From NCBI RefSeq assembly GCF_001194135.2, contig NC_068995.1:28469080-28524238 (forward strand): a DNA stretch of 55,159 nucleotides, given 5' to 3'. Both the position numbers and the translations under genes were made by a program. The notes under the pieces are model-generated. The model worked only from the letters and a program-made list of their open reading frames with translations, made no database searches and had not been told where the DNA came from. Shown here piece after piece: positions 11,770 through 24,000 of this stretch. Position 1 is the first letter of the stretch. Each line of letters starts with the position of its first letter. This DNA is from Octopus bimaculoides. Lineage: Eukaryota.

Positions 11770-13085
11770 AAAAGGAATACATGGGCGGCAATCGTTCTCA
11801 CAGCGACAATGCTCTCAATACGTGTGACATACCAGTTAAAACAATCTTTTGTACTTATTGCAGAGATGGTAATCCAGGGATCATATTCAAAAAAGTTTCA
11901 GTTTCTTATTTTATCATTCCAAGTGCTCCTATAATCATTGGTATTATAACCGCCTTGAGATGCCACGTTTTTTCGATTTCAATGAGAAAATCTTTATATT
12001 TTCTGAGCTTGTCAAATTCTTTTGCCATTATGATCAGTCAATAAACAAGCTTTATTGTTTTGGTCTTTCACAACAATATCTGGTTTATTAGCTTTGATAG
12101 TTCAATCAGTATGTACTGGAAAGTTCCAAAGAGTCATTACATTTTCTCCCTCAGTTACAGCCTCAGGGTGTGCTTATACCACTTGTTGACAGTTTTGATT
12201 TTAACCAGTGTACATATTGACCAACTCTGACATGACTTGATTTATACTGCACTGATGCTAAAACTTTACGACCAGAGATTAAGTGGTCTTCTATTTCAAT
12301 CTCATCATTGGAGAATCAGCACTTTGGATCTACTCCATCTTTCATCACATTGGCTTGGTAGTTCTGGGTCAATAAATGGGTGTGCTTCTGGTCTACATCA
12401 GCTTGTTTGCCACACATTTGTCATGCAGAGGTTTCTGTTCCTACCTAACATACGCCCTTTTCCTTGCCAATGATTTCACATTTTTTGCAACAACAGTTGC
12501 TGCACTTCCCTCAGGGTGTTCAGCTTGCGTATCATGCATCTGAATAATAGCAAATTTTTTGGTATTTTTATGACAGAACGAAGCTTCTTACACCTCTTGT
12601 TTTAACATCCAGTTGTTAGATGCTTCAAGATATTTGGCCAGTTAATTGGGGTGGTTTTGTAAGAGATTTCAAACTAGATCAAGCTTTGACCTCCTAGGGT
12701 GAAGGTGAAGGCGAAGTCAGAAGCTTATGTATTTTTCTGTTAATTTTATTTACTTCAACACATTGTAACAAGTAACAAGTGGAACTACTAAGAAATTTAT
12801 GGCTATCACCTTGCTATGTGCATTTAGCTAGATTTCAGGACTACTCAAACTCTTCTATAACATTGCTTCCTGATCTTCTCTTTCCTGTCTGCATGATGAA
12901 TGCCAAAGCCTTCATTTATTTTTAGGTGTATATAGGTGTATATAGGTTTGTTCCTGCTCAAGTTATTTTATCCCTATGTCAACATTTAACATGGCTGAAA
13001 GTGGCATTGGAATATTTATCAAGACCAAACTCCATCCTGATGTCATCACTGAATGTTTTCACAGTGTGTAATAGGCCTTCAACTC
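11770..13085 (-). mobile_element. R4/Dong-like RLE-type LINE, 5'-truncated copy 2
   Basis: FSDDIRMEFGLDK, NKWYKHTPEAV, TIKANKPDIVVKD and KYKDFLIEIEKTWHLKAVIIPMIIGALG. Confidence 0.8.
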
Positions 13086-13674
13086 ATCATTGTCTTTGCC
13101 ATAGAATTGTAGTTCATCCATATAAAATATATCGCCTATTTTCTAATTGCCAGTTTAGACTCTAACAAAAACTATGACACCAACAACAAGAACAATATCA
13201 ACAACAGAATACCCCAGCACCAACACAACACTACATAACATGCCTCTCCCAACTGAAGATCACTCCGATATGTTGTGCGATGAAGGTGACCAGGAAGAAG
13301 AATGGAAAACTGTTCTTGTAAGAAGAGAAAGAAAAAGAAAACAAGAACTAAATTTATCCACACAAAAAGCTGGCAGGAGGAAACTAAAAGAAACATTCTG
13401 CAGCAATACCAACACTACCAGAGACACCAACATCATCACATACACCGCAAACATGACATACATCACCATTATCACCACAAATGCAACCAAATTCACACTC
13501 ACACCAATAATCAGAATATCTGCAAACGAAACAAAAGAAACACATCAACTACACATTGGTGGACACAATAAACAATTAACTGAATGTATACATCAGTATA
13601 CAGGATGCGGACGGTATTCATTCACATGATGACTGTCTGAGAAAAAATAAAACTTGAGTCACTTTCCCTGCATG

Positions 13675-13752
13675 TGCAAGGTTTTTGCACCCCTCTTGTG
13701 TCAGCTAGTCCTGTGGGACTACCTGACACGAGAGGGGTGTAAAAACCTTGTA
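13675..13752 (+). repeat. 78-nt near-perfect palindrome (37-bp stem, 4-nt loop)
   Basis: Base-by-base pairing: 33 Watson-Crick pairs, 3 G-U, 1 C-C mismatch, loop TGTG. Confidence 0.95.
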
Positions 13753-14639
13753 AAACTTAGACGTTTCCAATTATCTGACAGATACTGACAAGATTTCCCA
13801 AATGTTCCAGTGTGGACATGGACAAACAGCATTAGGTCATCCAGATCACATCTATATAGAATATTCTGTAGACTTGCAAATAAGGATAGCATAGGTTGTC
13901 CATAATTTAAAATCAGTCACACACTACAAATTAGAGACGTGTACAGTTGACCTAGATAGGTTTCATATGCAGGAACCCAGTTACTGGAAGCTGAATATAT
14001 TGCTTTCAGCATAGCAAACTAACAGAAGCAGGATTAGTGAATTAGTTAAGCAGGTGTTAATGAAGGTAATTGTCAACAATAAATGGTTGTATGCCCTACA
14101 AAAAAAAAAAAGAGGCATTTAAGAAAAGCCTGTGCTAGCAGCAAGATTAACCTTGACCAACTCTTCAATATAAAGCATTAAAGATGCATTGTCAGTTAAT
14201 ACACATGCTCTAAGATATGAGGGAACAAAAACCACTTGATGGGTACTTGTTACTCAAACCCAAATAGATGTATGTGGCTTTTCAGCAGCATTTCACTTGA
14301 CTGTTTGGGACAAGTAGTACCTACCTCAATGGTCTGCTGCACTTCGCAGTGAGAGAAGCATATCATTGTGAAAAGCTGATAATATCCCAGAAATACAGGA
14401 AGTGATGGCTGGCTGCATAACAAGCAAGTTATCTGGTTTGGACAATATACCTTATGAGTTTTACTTTTACATGCTGGACTTGGCAGCAAAACAACAGAAT
14501 TATCAATTCTGTGAGTTGAGGTGTGGTGGCACTGCTAATAAAAAACTTAAACAAAGGGAATCACATTAATAATTTTTGGCCCATAATCTGCTAAACACAA
14601 GATTCTAAATTTTGGCTATGGTGTTGGCAAAGTGGTGCT

Positions 14640-15700
14640 TGTTGTTTAATTAGGCAGCCCCTTATAATAGTACCTTGGCTGACTGTGACTTTAAAGTGAA
14701 GATAACTTACACTCTGGCCCAAACAAGGACCTAGTAAAAAAATAGACCTTGGAAAATTCACTTCTTTCTCCTTGATTGTTAAGAATAAGGTATGTAAAAT
14801 AATTCCAAGCCTTGATAGATAAACATTTCCTTAATAATCACAGATATAAGAAAATCTTCAATAAACATTCCATGTCAGTTTCCTATAGCTGCTGCCCTAA
14901 TATGGAAATATTATTTCATGTAAATGACATGAGACACCTAACCCTAGCTGCAAATTTAGGAACCCAGATACTTGCCCACTAGACTAAGCATGCATGGTTA
15001 GTTCAGTCATCTTCAAAGCCAGGGTCACCCCTGTTCTACAAATAAAAAAAAACCATGAGAAAAAAATATATTGGACTGTGTGAAAGTGACTTTAATAAGA
15101 GATATGCCAGCTTCCAGTATTCTTTTCAGCAGATAGACAAGAAAAACACAAAGCTAGCAAGCCATATTTGGGACCTGAAAGAGAGCAATATACCATACAC
15201 CATCAAACTGAGCATCAAAGACAACTTGACTGTACATCAATGGTTTGAAAAAGTGCAGACTTTGTGTAGTTGAAAGAATATACACCCTTATTAGAACTGC
15301 ACCAATCTTCTAAACACAAAATCAGAAATTTTTACAAGACAAAAATATCTCAAGTTTCTGTTATTGAAAAAGACCATGCCTCTCTCCACTGGAATGGAAA
15401 TATAGTTTAACACTTTAGCCTTTGTCCCATAAATTAATCCAACTAACCAGTTATATTGCATAATACTTAACACTGACAATATTCTTTATGGATGGAAAGG
15501 ACACAACTCTTATCCCTTTTTTCCTCCCCTTCATTCTAGTTTTTAGTCACTTTTTCTCCTAGAGTAATCAAGTTCTTGTTTAGCATGAATGATTGCCGGA
15601 TCATGCATGATAGATTACTATACAATCTTGTCTAGTTACTGCACTATCTGAGCATGAAACTTTAGTAGTTCATATAAATCACACACACACATATGTATGT
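14640..15700 (+). mobile_element. Degenerate Penelope-like element, 3' part (GIY-YIG), same broad group as 1110-2060
   Basis: AAPYNSTLA, LIDKHFLNNHRYKKIFNKHSMSVSYSCCPNM and YIGLCESDFNKRYASFQYSF...TKLASHIWDLKE. Confidence 0.8.
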
Positions 15701-15959
15701 GTGTATATAAATATATATATATATATATAGAACTTACTTCCAACCTTTCATATACTCCTATTTCAGCGTTGATCATAATCCTCCCACCGTCCGTTCTTTA
15801 TTATCTATCTATTTCTTTACCATGTAAACATTGCTTGTTTGATTCGTTTCTCTGTTTGATTCATGCATTCCTTTTAATCGTCACGCTTTATTTATTTCTC
15901 TTTACTTTATTCAAGTTTATTGTTCCTGTAACTCATTCTCTCTGAATTTGTCTACCATA

Positions 15960-17877
15960 GTATAAAAGTGCAGAAGTGGCTCTCCCTTTAAACTTACTGG
16001 CTTGCGGTATAACCGCCCTCCCACCCCCTTCACCGCTACCGGAAGTTCTTACCCTCTGTCATCCTTGGGTGTCTCCTGCGAACACTCCTAGGGGCCTTAT
16101 ACCATCCCCTCCCCTACCCAGGGTTTCATCGATCTTTCAGCGCATAAAGATGGTGTAGTGTATGCAGGTTGTAGGCATTGTCTTGTTTATGAATTCTGCC
16201 AAATGCATGCTTTCTTTTCAGGTACACGACACTGCTTTCCCTCATCCCAGGGTCTCACTGGCCCACACCTCCCACACCGTCAGAATTGGCACTCTCAACG
16301 TTGGCACACTGACAGGTAGGTCTAGTGAGATTGTTGAGATGCTTGAACGGAGACACATAGATCTGTGCTGCACCCAAGAAGTAAGATGGAGAGGAGGTTC
16401 TGCGAGGTTCCTCACAGGCAAAGAACACAGGTACAGATTTTCTGGGCAGGGAATACTGATGGGATCAGGGGGCGTGGGAATACTTCTAGCAGAGAAATGG
16501 GTTGATAAGGTAATCGAGGTAGTCAGAGTATGTGACAGAGTACTTAAGATTAGATTAGTGCTTCACCATAGGTTAGCTACTGTTATCTCGGCCTATGCCC
16601 CTCAACCGGTGTTGGCAAACAATGAAAATGTGCAGAAAATAACCTTTGTCACACTCCAGGGAGAAAAACTAGAAGTAGTTGATAGCTTCCGCTACCTAGG
16701 TGACCAAGTTTGTAGTGGAGGAGGGTGCACTGAAGTGTAGCTGCTAGAATAAGAATAGCCTGGGCAAAAGTTTAGAGAGCTCTTACCTCTGCTGGTGACA
16801 AAGGGCCTCTCACTCAGAGTAAAAGGCAGACTGTATGACGCATGTGTATGAACAGCCATGCTACATGGCAGTGACTGCTGAGGACATGCGTAAGCTCGCA
16901 AGAAACGAAGCCAGTATGCTCCGATGGATGTGTAATGTTAATGTGCATACTCGACAGAGTGTAAGTACCTTGAGAGAAAAGTTAGACCTAAGAAGCATCA
17001 GTTGTGGTGCGCAAGAGAGACGATTGCGCTGGTATGGACATGTGGCAAGAATGGATGAGGATAGCTGTGTGAAAAAGTGCCACACCCTAGCNNNNNNNNN
17101 NNNNNNNNNNNNNNNNNNNNNNNNNNNNNNNNNNNNNNNNNNNNNNNNNNNNNNNNNNNNNNNNNNNNNNNNNNNNNNNNNNNNNNNNNNNNNNNNNNNN
17201 NNNNNNNNNNNNNNNNNNNNNNNNNNNNNNNNNNNNNNNNNNNNNNNNNNNNNNNNNNNNNNNNNNNNNNNNNNNNNNNNNNNNNNNNNNNNNNNNNNNN
17301 NNNNNNGAGCATAATCTGTGATCTCTGCCAGAAGTGTAGCCAGCTCACTAATTCGTATCTTTACTTCATTGGACACTAAAAACTCTGCTTGGGGCAAGTG
17401 AAATCGAAATCGTAATTGAACCATACTCGATGACTGGCACTTGCGCCAGTGGAGCACTAACAGCATTGTTGAGCGTGTTCATTGCCAGAGCAGCTGTCTG
17501 GCTTCCGTGCTAATGGCTCGTAAATAGCACCATTTGTGCGTAATTGTTACCAGCATTGCCTTCTAGCACTTGTGCTGGTGGCACATTAGAAAATCATTCG
17601 AGTGAGGTCGTTGCCAGTGCCGCTGGATTGACTCCCGTGCAGGTGGCACGTAAAAAACACCATTTTGAGCGTGGCTGTTGCCAGTACTGTATGACTGGTC
17701 CTCGTGCCGGTGGCACATAAAAGCACCCAGTACATTCTAGGAGTGGTTGGCGTTAGGAAGGGCATCCAGCTGTAGAAACTCTGCCAGGTCAGATTGGAGC
17801 CTGGTGCAAGTCCTCAGTCAAATCATCCAGCCCATTCTAGCATGGAAAGCAGACGTTAAACGATGATGATGATGATG

Positions 17878-17878
<1 letters not shown>
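15960..17878 (+). mobile_element. RTE LINE with 5' region and (GAT)n tail, internally deleted (RT core absent); contains an N gap
   Basis: ORF 16162-16740 encodes an AP-endonuclease N-half (IGTLNVGTL, QEVRW, GVGILL, ISAYAPQ) joined to EVVDSFRYLGD. Followed by RIAWAKFRELL, RRLRWYGHVARM and the family 3' end gttaaacgatgatgatgat. Confidence 0.9.
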
Positions 17879-17908
<30 letters not shown>

Positions 17909-17984
17909 CTAACAGTTATAGAAGTGCATCTTCTCCCTGACTTACAGTCTCTTAGATGACTCAAGCAAATATATATATATATAT

Positions 17985-18361
17985 ATCATGCCACTCCATC
18001 GTTTACGATGATGAGGGTTCCAGTTGATCCAATCAATGGAACAGCCTGCTCGTGAAATTAATGTGCAAGTGGCTGAGCACTCCACATGTGCCCTTAATAT
18101 AGTTCTTGAAGAGATTCAACGTGACACAGAGTGTGACAAGGCTGGCCCTTTGATATACAGGTACAACAGAAACAGGAACAAAGAGTGAGAGAAAGTTGTG
18201 GTGAAAGAGTACAGCAGGGCTTGCCACCACCCACTGCTGGAGCCTCGTGGAGCTTTAGGTGTATTCACTCAATAAACACTCACAGCACCCGGTCTTGGAA
18301 TTGAAACCACGATCCTACAACCACAAATCCGCTGCCCTAACCACTGGGCCATTGCACCTCC

Positions 18362-18363
<2 letters not shown>
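17985..18363 (-). mobile_element. tRNA-derived SINE, family B
   Basis: Minus-strand head gtggaggtgcaatggcccagtggttaggg with A/B boxes; homologous to 27735-28132; both flanks read aaatatatat (likely TSD expanded into (TA)n). Confidence 0.88.
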
Positions 18364-18407
<44 letters not shown>

Positions 18408-18955
18408 GTTTGTGTATAATTATGTGTGTTTGTTGTGTCTCCTTGTCTTGACATCAAGTGATAGTTGTAAACAAGCATCACTGTCATACAAGTGGTGTCT
18501 TTTGTTTTCAATCTCCCAGGGAAGGCATCCGGCTGAAAAAAATAAACAATCTCAACAAATTCTGACTCATGCAAGCATGGAAAAGTGAACGTTTCCGGCT
18601 CTTTAGCGTTCCTCAATGGGAAATAACGANNNNNNNNNNNNNNNNNNNNNNNNNNNNNNNNNNNNNNNNNNNNNNNNNNNNNNNNNNNNNNNNNNNNNNN
18701 NNNNNNNNNNNNNNNNNNNNNNNNNNNNNNNNNNNNNNNNNNNNNNNNNNNNNNNNNNNNNNNNNNNNNNNNNNNNNNNNNNNNNNNNNNNNNNNNNNNN
18801 NNNNNNNNNNNNNNNNNNNNNNNNNNNNNNNNNNNNNNNNNNNNNNNNNNNNNNNNNNNNNNNNNNNNNNNNNNNNNNNNNNNNNNNNNNNNNNNNNNNN
18901 NNNNNNNNNNNNNNNNNNNNNNNNNNNNNNNNNNNNNNNNNNNNNNNNNNNNNNN

Positions 18956-19285
18956 TGGGCAAGTGCCTTCTACTATAGCCTCGGGCCGACCAATGCCTTG
19001 TGAGTGGATTTGGTAGACGGAAACTGAAAGAAGCCTGTCGTATATATGTATATATATATATGTATGTGTGTATGTGTTTGTATGTCTGTGTTTGTCCCCC
19101 GAACATCGCTTGACAACCGATGCTGGTGTGTTTACGTCCCCGTAACTTAGCGGTTCGGCAAAAGAGACCGAAAGAATAAGTACTAGGCTTCCAAAGAATA
19201 AGTCCTGGGGTCGATTTGCTCGACTAAAGGCGGTGCTCCAGCATGGCCACAGTCAAAAGACTGAAACAAGTAAAAAAAAGAGTAA
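18956..19285 (+). mobile_element. SINE family A (head lost in N gap)
   Basis: Near-identical to 30779-31180. Confidence 0.92.
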
Positions 19286-19292
19286 AAGAGTA

Positions 19293-19848
19293 CACACAGG
19301 GAAGAAAATTATGTTAATCTGGTTTAAAATAGGGTTTTTCCTAGGCAGTGGAAAAAGTACATATGAAACATATTATAAAAAGTGAAATAACCTAACAGCA
19401 AAAGAAAATTTGATAGTGAGTACTTAATTTTCCCTCTTTCTCTTGCTTAACCACATGTGGATGAAAATGGCATTTCATTTGAGCTTCTACCTGGTTAGTA
19501 GATGTGGTAATAAATACTGCAATACCCGGTAAATATGAGAATTGTGAATCCATTTTTCTATTCATCAAATTGGGAGGAGCTCAAAAGTGATGCAACCATT
19601 TGCATTTCCAGGCACATGTAGCAATACAATTAATGGACAGCTATTTATTGAAAAGATATAACTGTTGAGAGGGGGAGGCAAAAAACCTGCCAGAGGAATA
19701 TTTGCCTCAGTTCAACTCATCTCTGTCATCATTTTAATATTCATTTTTATACATTATTTCACTTTTTATATGTTTCATATGTACTTTTTCCACTGCCTAG
19801 GAGGAATCCTATTTTAAACCAGGTTAACATAATTTTCTTCCCCATGTG
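19293..19848. mobile_element. 556-bp MITE with ~100-bp terminal inverted repeats and TA flanks
   Basis: 19293-~19390 is the reverse complement of ~19753-19848 with about 6 substitutions and one small indel; TA at 19291-19292 and 19849-19850. Confidence 0.85.
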
Positions 19849-20790
19849 TACTGTTAATAATTTGAGGAAGACTAAAGCCAGAAACACCTTTGGGAAGCCA
19901 GTAAGGGGAAGCACTGGGCAGATATGGTGTTTTTATACGTTTTTGCCATAAGAGAGAATTTTTTTTTTCTCCACAATTCCACATCATTGTTTGGTGCTGA
20001 TGCTGCTATCTATAGATATGTTCTATAGTACATTATAGCAGTAAAACAAAATACAGTATATTCAATCCAGCAGTAAAGTGTTAAATATGTAAATTAATCT
20101 CTCTATTTTATCTTAATTTATAATACTAGTGAGTTTATATGCGCAGTGACTGATGAAGATTCCAACAAGAATGAAAATATATGCATAACTGTTCCCACAT
20201 TTCTGTCCATGAACATACAGTACAGATGTCCTGTTTACATCTGTTGTAACATAGTGTTTGCAATTAAATCTATAGACATAAAATGAAGCACTATTAACAT
20301 GCTAATAATCTAACATTCAATCTAGCTACTAAGAAAAGTATTAAATACTTACATTAGTCTGTCCAGTTTACCTTCAACTTTAATATTAGTATGTTTATGA
20401 GCAGTGTGTTTGTGGACATATATAAAACATTTTCTGTCCAAAGACATATTGCATAGACGTAGTTTTATTTATACCAAGTTTGTTGTTAGGTCTGTAGTCT
20501 TGGAGCGTGTCCTTTTCTATAGTTAAAATGAATCCGCAGCACAGTAAAGGGAAGTGATCATGAAAGTATCAAGTGAATGAATTACTGCTCTAAACCCCAC
20601 TTAAAACAATGTGAAATATATATTAAGTACAGTTATTATTCTACTTAGTGCTACTTATTAATATTTGAATCAATAAAAGTAAACTTGCAAATATTTTAAT
20701 GCCATTTGAAAAGAAACCTTATGAAAACTATCATTTTCCATATAAAATACATCTTTCGAATTTCTTTCATCAATTCAATGCTTTGTTTTC

Positions 20791-20796
20791 TTTATT
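20791..20796 (-). promoter_or_regulatory. Candidate polyadenylation signal for CHMP2B
   Basis: AATAAA on the minus strand ~140 nt past the stop. The hexamer is common in AT-rich DNA, so support is positional only. Confidence 0.3.
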
Positions 20797-20936
20797 CAAT
20801 TTCATTAAAAAAAACATTAGATAATTACATATTAAAATAATTATAAAGTATCATGATAGTATGTACAAAGAATATAAAGAAAGATTTTAGTAAACTATAG
20901 TCAGCATTATAAGGGTATTCTGCTTTTGTTCAAAGC

Positions 20937-21044
20937 TCACAAGTTCTTCAATGCAGCCAGCTGCTGTTCAATTTCATCATCAGTAACTTTTGATTTTGAT
21001 GCTTGACCTAATGAACTTTTAACTGGCAATGGAGCTTCACCCAT
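20937..21044 (-). CDS. CHMP2B: CHMP2B terminal coding exon, 108 nt including TGA; MIM1-like C-terminal helix
   Basis: Acceptor ttttgtttttttatag; DDEIEQQLAAL aligns with human DEEIERQLKAL; stop at 20939-20937. Confidence 0.92.
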   Translation of the reverse strand: MGEAPLPVKSSLGQASKSKVTDDEIEQQLAALKNL

Positions 21045-24000
21045 CTATAAAAAAACAAAAGTTTAAAAACATTTTCTGTCAGCATCTATTTATAAAGAAC
21101 ATGTAAACTACAAGCAAGATAAAACAGAAAAACTAGCATTATGGGGCCCTTGTGAGAGCTACCTCAAAGGTATGAACACATATAAGAATAATAGTAGAAA
21201 ATTTAACAATTATATAAAGATAAACAACTAAATAAAATTAACTAAATGCTTGTCTACTAATCATTTGGTACTGTGACAGATCAACTTTCTTGATCAAGAA
21301 AAAAAATTCTTAGTGAGAAATCTACTTTTCTACATTATGAGGTTAGTATGAAGAAACTGAACCAAGAGGAGGATATGAGAGCTAAAGAGGGGCCTTCTAC
21401 ACAACTACTAGTAAGTTCTTATGAGGAAATGGAGAAGTTATATAAAAGATACATAAATGTATCTAAAAGATAGAATAGTACATAGTGCCAGAAAGTTCTG
21501 TAAACAGTGTAATATATCATTTAAGTAGTGTGCAACTCAGTGATATATTAACGTTGCATGAAGATATTCTAAAGAGAAACACAGAACACAGAAAGTAATA
21601 ACATTCTAAACTATGAATATACAAGACATGAGGTGTTTTCAGGATATGACTGAAACATGTCTGAAATGATATGATATTGGTAACAATAAAAATAATTATA
21701 TAAGTGTCAATATGAGAAATTGCATAACAAGCAGTATAACTAGAAAAGGGGTGAAGTATTTCTTGGGGGATGGGAAAACAGAGCAGTAAGCATATAATAG
21801 TGATGACAATGAGTTAAATTGAAAAATCTCATAGAGGAATTAATTTTATACGGGCAATGAATATGTATAGGCCCATCTAGATAGTAACTAGCAGGAGAAT
21901 TGTGCAATGTTGGAAGAGATTATTTTGGAATTAAAATGGCGAGCTATTTGGTATCACTGGTGCTTCATTCAGAAATCACAGGTGTAGATTTTGCTTATAC
22001 AATAGTAGAACAATTGTAGATTTGTTATATATGAAATTGTGATGAACATATCTAAGAGATTGAAACAAATTTTTTGCTATGAGCTGTGGGGATAGTATGG
22101 ACAGTGATCGATATGTGTTTCATTTGAACTACCTGAAAATAAAGCAAAAGCAGTGATCAAGGGATCTAAGTAGTGCAGTACAGATGGTGTTTTGATAGAG
22201 ACTGGGTTTGAAGGGAAAAAGATACCAGGCATTGGAAAAAATGGAAAAAATTTCAACAGGATGTGTGTGAATTGGAAACAGATGTAGGAGACAGTGATTT
22301 CTGATAGAAGAGAGTTTGCTGAGTTGACATCAGTAGCAATCAAAGTGGTGCTGAGGCTCAAATGAATTTGAATAGCAGTAAAGGTACAACAATACTAGGG
22401 AAGGAAGGAAGCAAAACTTTCAGTTAGAGTAGCTGGAGGTATCTATGGGTGAGGAAAGTATAAATTCCATATTTTGGAAAAGAATAAGGGGAAGAATATG
22501 AAAGTTAAAGGGAGATTTGTCTTACAAAGAAGCACATGTATTTTAATGGTCTACATGTCAACATTATAAAGGAATTCACTGAAAACAAGTCAAAAGATAT
22601 GTCGAACAATACTGAAAATTTAAAGTGCTCCAATTAGTTTGAGGAAGTCATCAAGAGATGTATCTGTTTTGAAATATTCTCATATGGGAACATGTTGCCA
22701 AAGAGGAGGAGGAGGAGGAGGAGACAACAATGACGACGTCATCATCACCATCATCTAACGTCCGTTGTCTAGTTCGAATAGTTGAATAATTTGACCAGGG
22801 CTGGTAAGCTGAGGGGCTGCACCAGACTCCAGTCTGATTTGGCATGGTTTCTATGGCTGGATGCCCTTCCTAACACCAAGAATGTGATTTTGTATGACAG
22901 TGAGGCATAGGCATTAAATGGGGAGATCTGCAGAGACTGGAGAGAATAAGTCAAGTATGATTCATTGTGTGTGTATTTACTCGCATGAAATGCAGAGTGT
23001 ATGAACTGAGAAATTGACAATGCATTCAAGGGATAAGCAGAAGACAATTGTGGTGGTATTTTTTTAAAGTTATTGAAAAAGCAGAGTAGAAAGGCACAAA
23101 TCATTTACAGGCTCTACTCTTAGACTGATAAGATTGGTGTGATTGGAACTTATCTAAAAGCCAAGATCCACAAGTAAAACATATAAAACATAGGTAGGGA
23201 GAGAATAACAACTTCTGATCGGAATCCTTGTAATAGAAGCACTAAATTTCTAAAAGGTGGTATTAGACCAAAGAAAACGTTCTGACTACTTCATGATTGT
23301 AATGGACTACTTCCTCAGACAAAGTCCTAACGCCATCTAAGACAAAAACCTTACCATCAACCAGAAGTCATCAAGAAGTTAACAGTCTGCATATTTCTGA
23401 CCATGACTATAGTAATGATCTTACTGCATGCAAAACTTTTTAATATCTCATTCTTATTTTCATTGATTTCATTCATCTGATTCTAGCATGGGGCTTTCAA
23501 AGGTTTATAGCCATTTCATCATTCTCATATGATACAAAATGTAAAATATACATTGGCATTAGAGGAAGTAACTCTGTTATATATAAATACAGCAGAATAT
23601 TTGTTTGAATGTACAAATATTTTCAGATGGCACTGGAATTTTCTACTCATTACTAACCAGTACTTCGACTTTTGTTGATATGGACCATGCTTCAAGGGTT
23701 TGAATTTTTTAGACTATGAAAAAAAAACAATGTTACCAACATTGAAAGTTTCCAAAAAGTAGAAATCCATTATTAATTTCATGATAAAGGGTAAAGAGAG
23801 CCCTGATTCTGGTTAGATAGCATCTATTGAAATAGTGGCACTATAAATACATGCAGTTCTCTCTGACAGAAACTAAGTTATAAGGAAATTAAATAACCAG
23901 TTACATTCAGCTGGAGGTAACTATGATTAAGTTTTTCAGCAAATTAAATTTTAATTTTAAGTGAAATTGCTTCAGTTCTTGTGCAAAATGGAAGTGAATC

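Noticed and set aside
13675-13752. Hairpin as a SECIS element or rho-independent terminator
   Set aside because: It has no AUGA/GA quartet or apical AA, and there is no U-tract or prokaryotic context.
16162-16740. 192-aa ORF as a host endonuclease or craniofacial development protein 2-like gene
   Set aside because: It is the AP-endonuclease portion of an RTE LINE with contiguous family 3' sequence.
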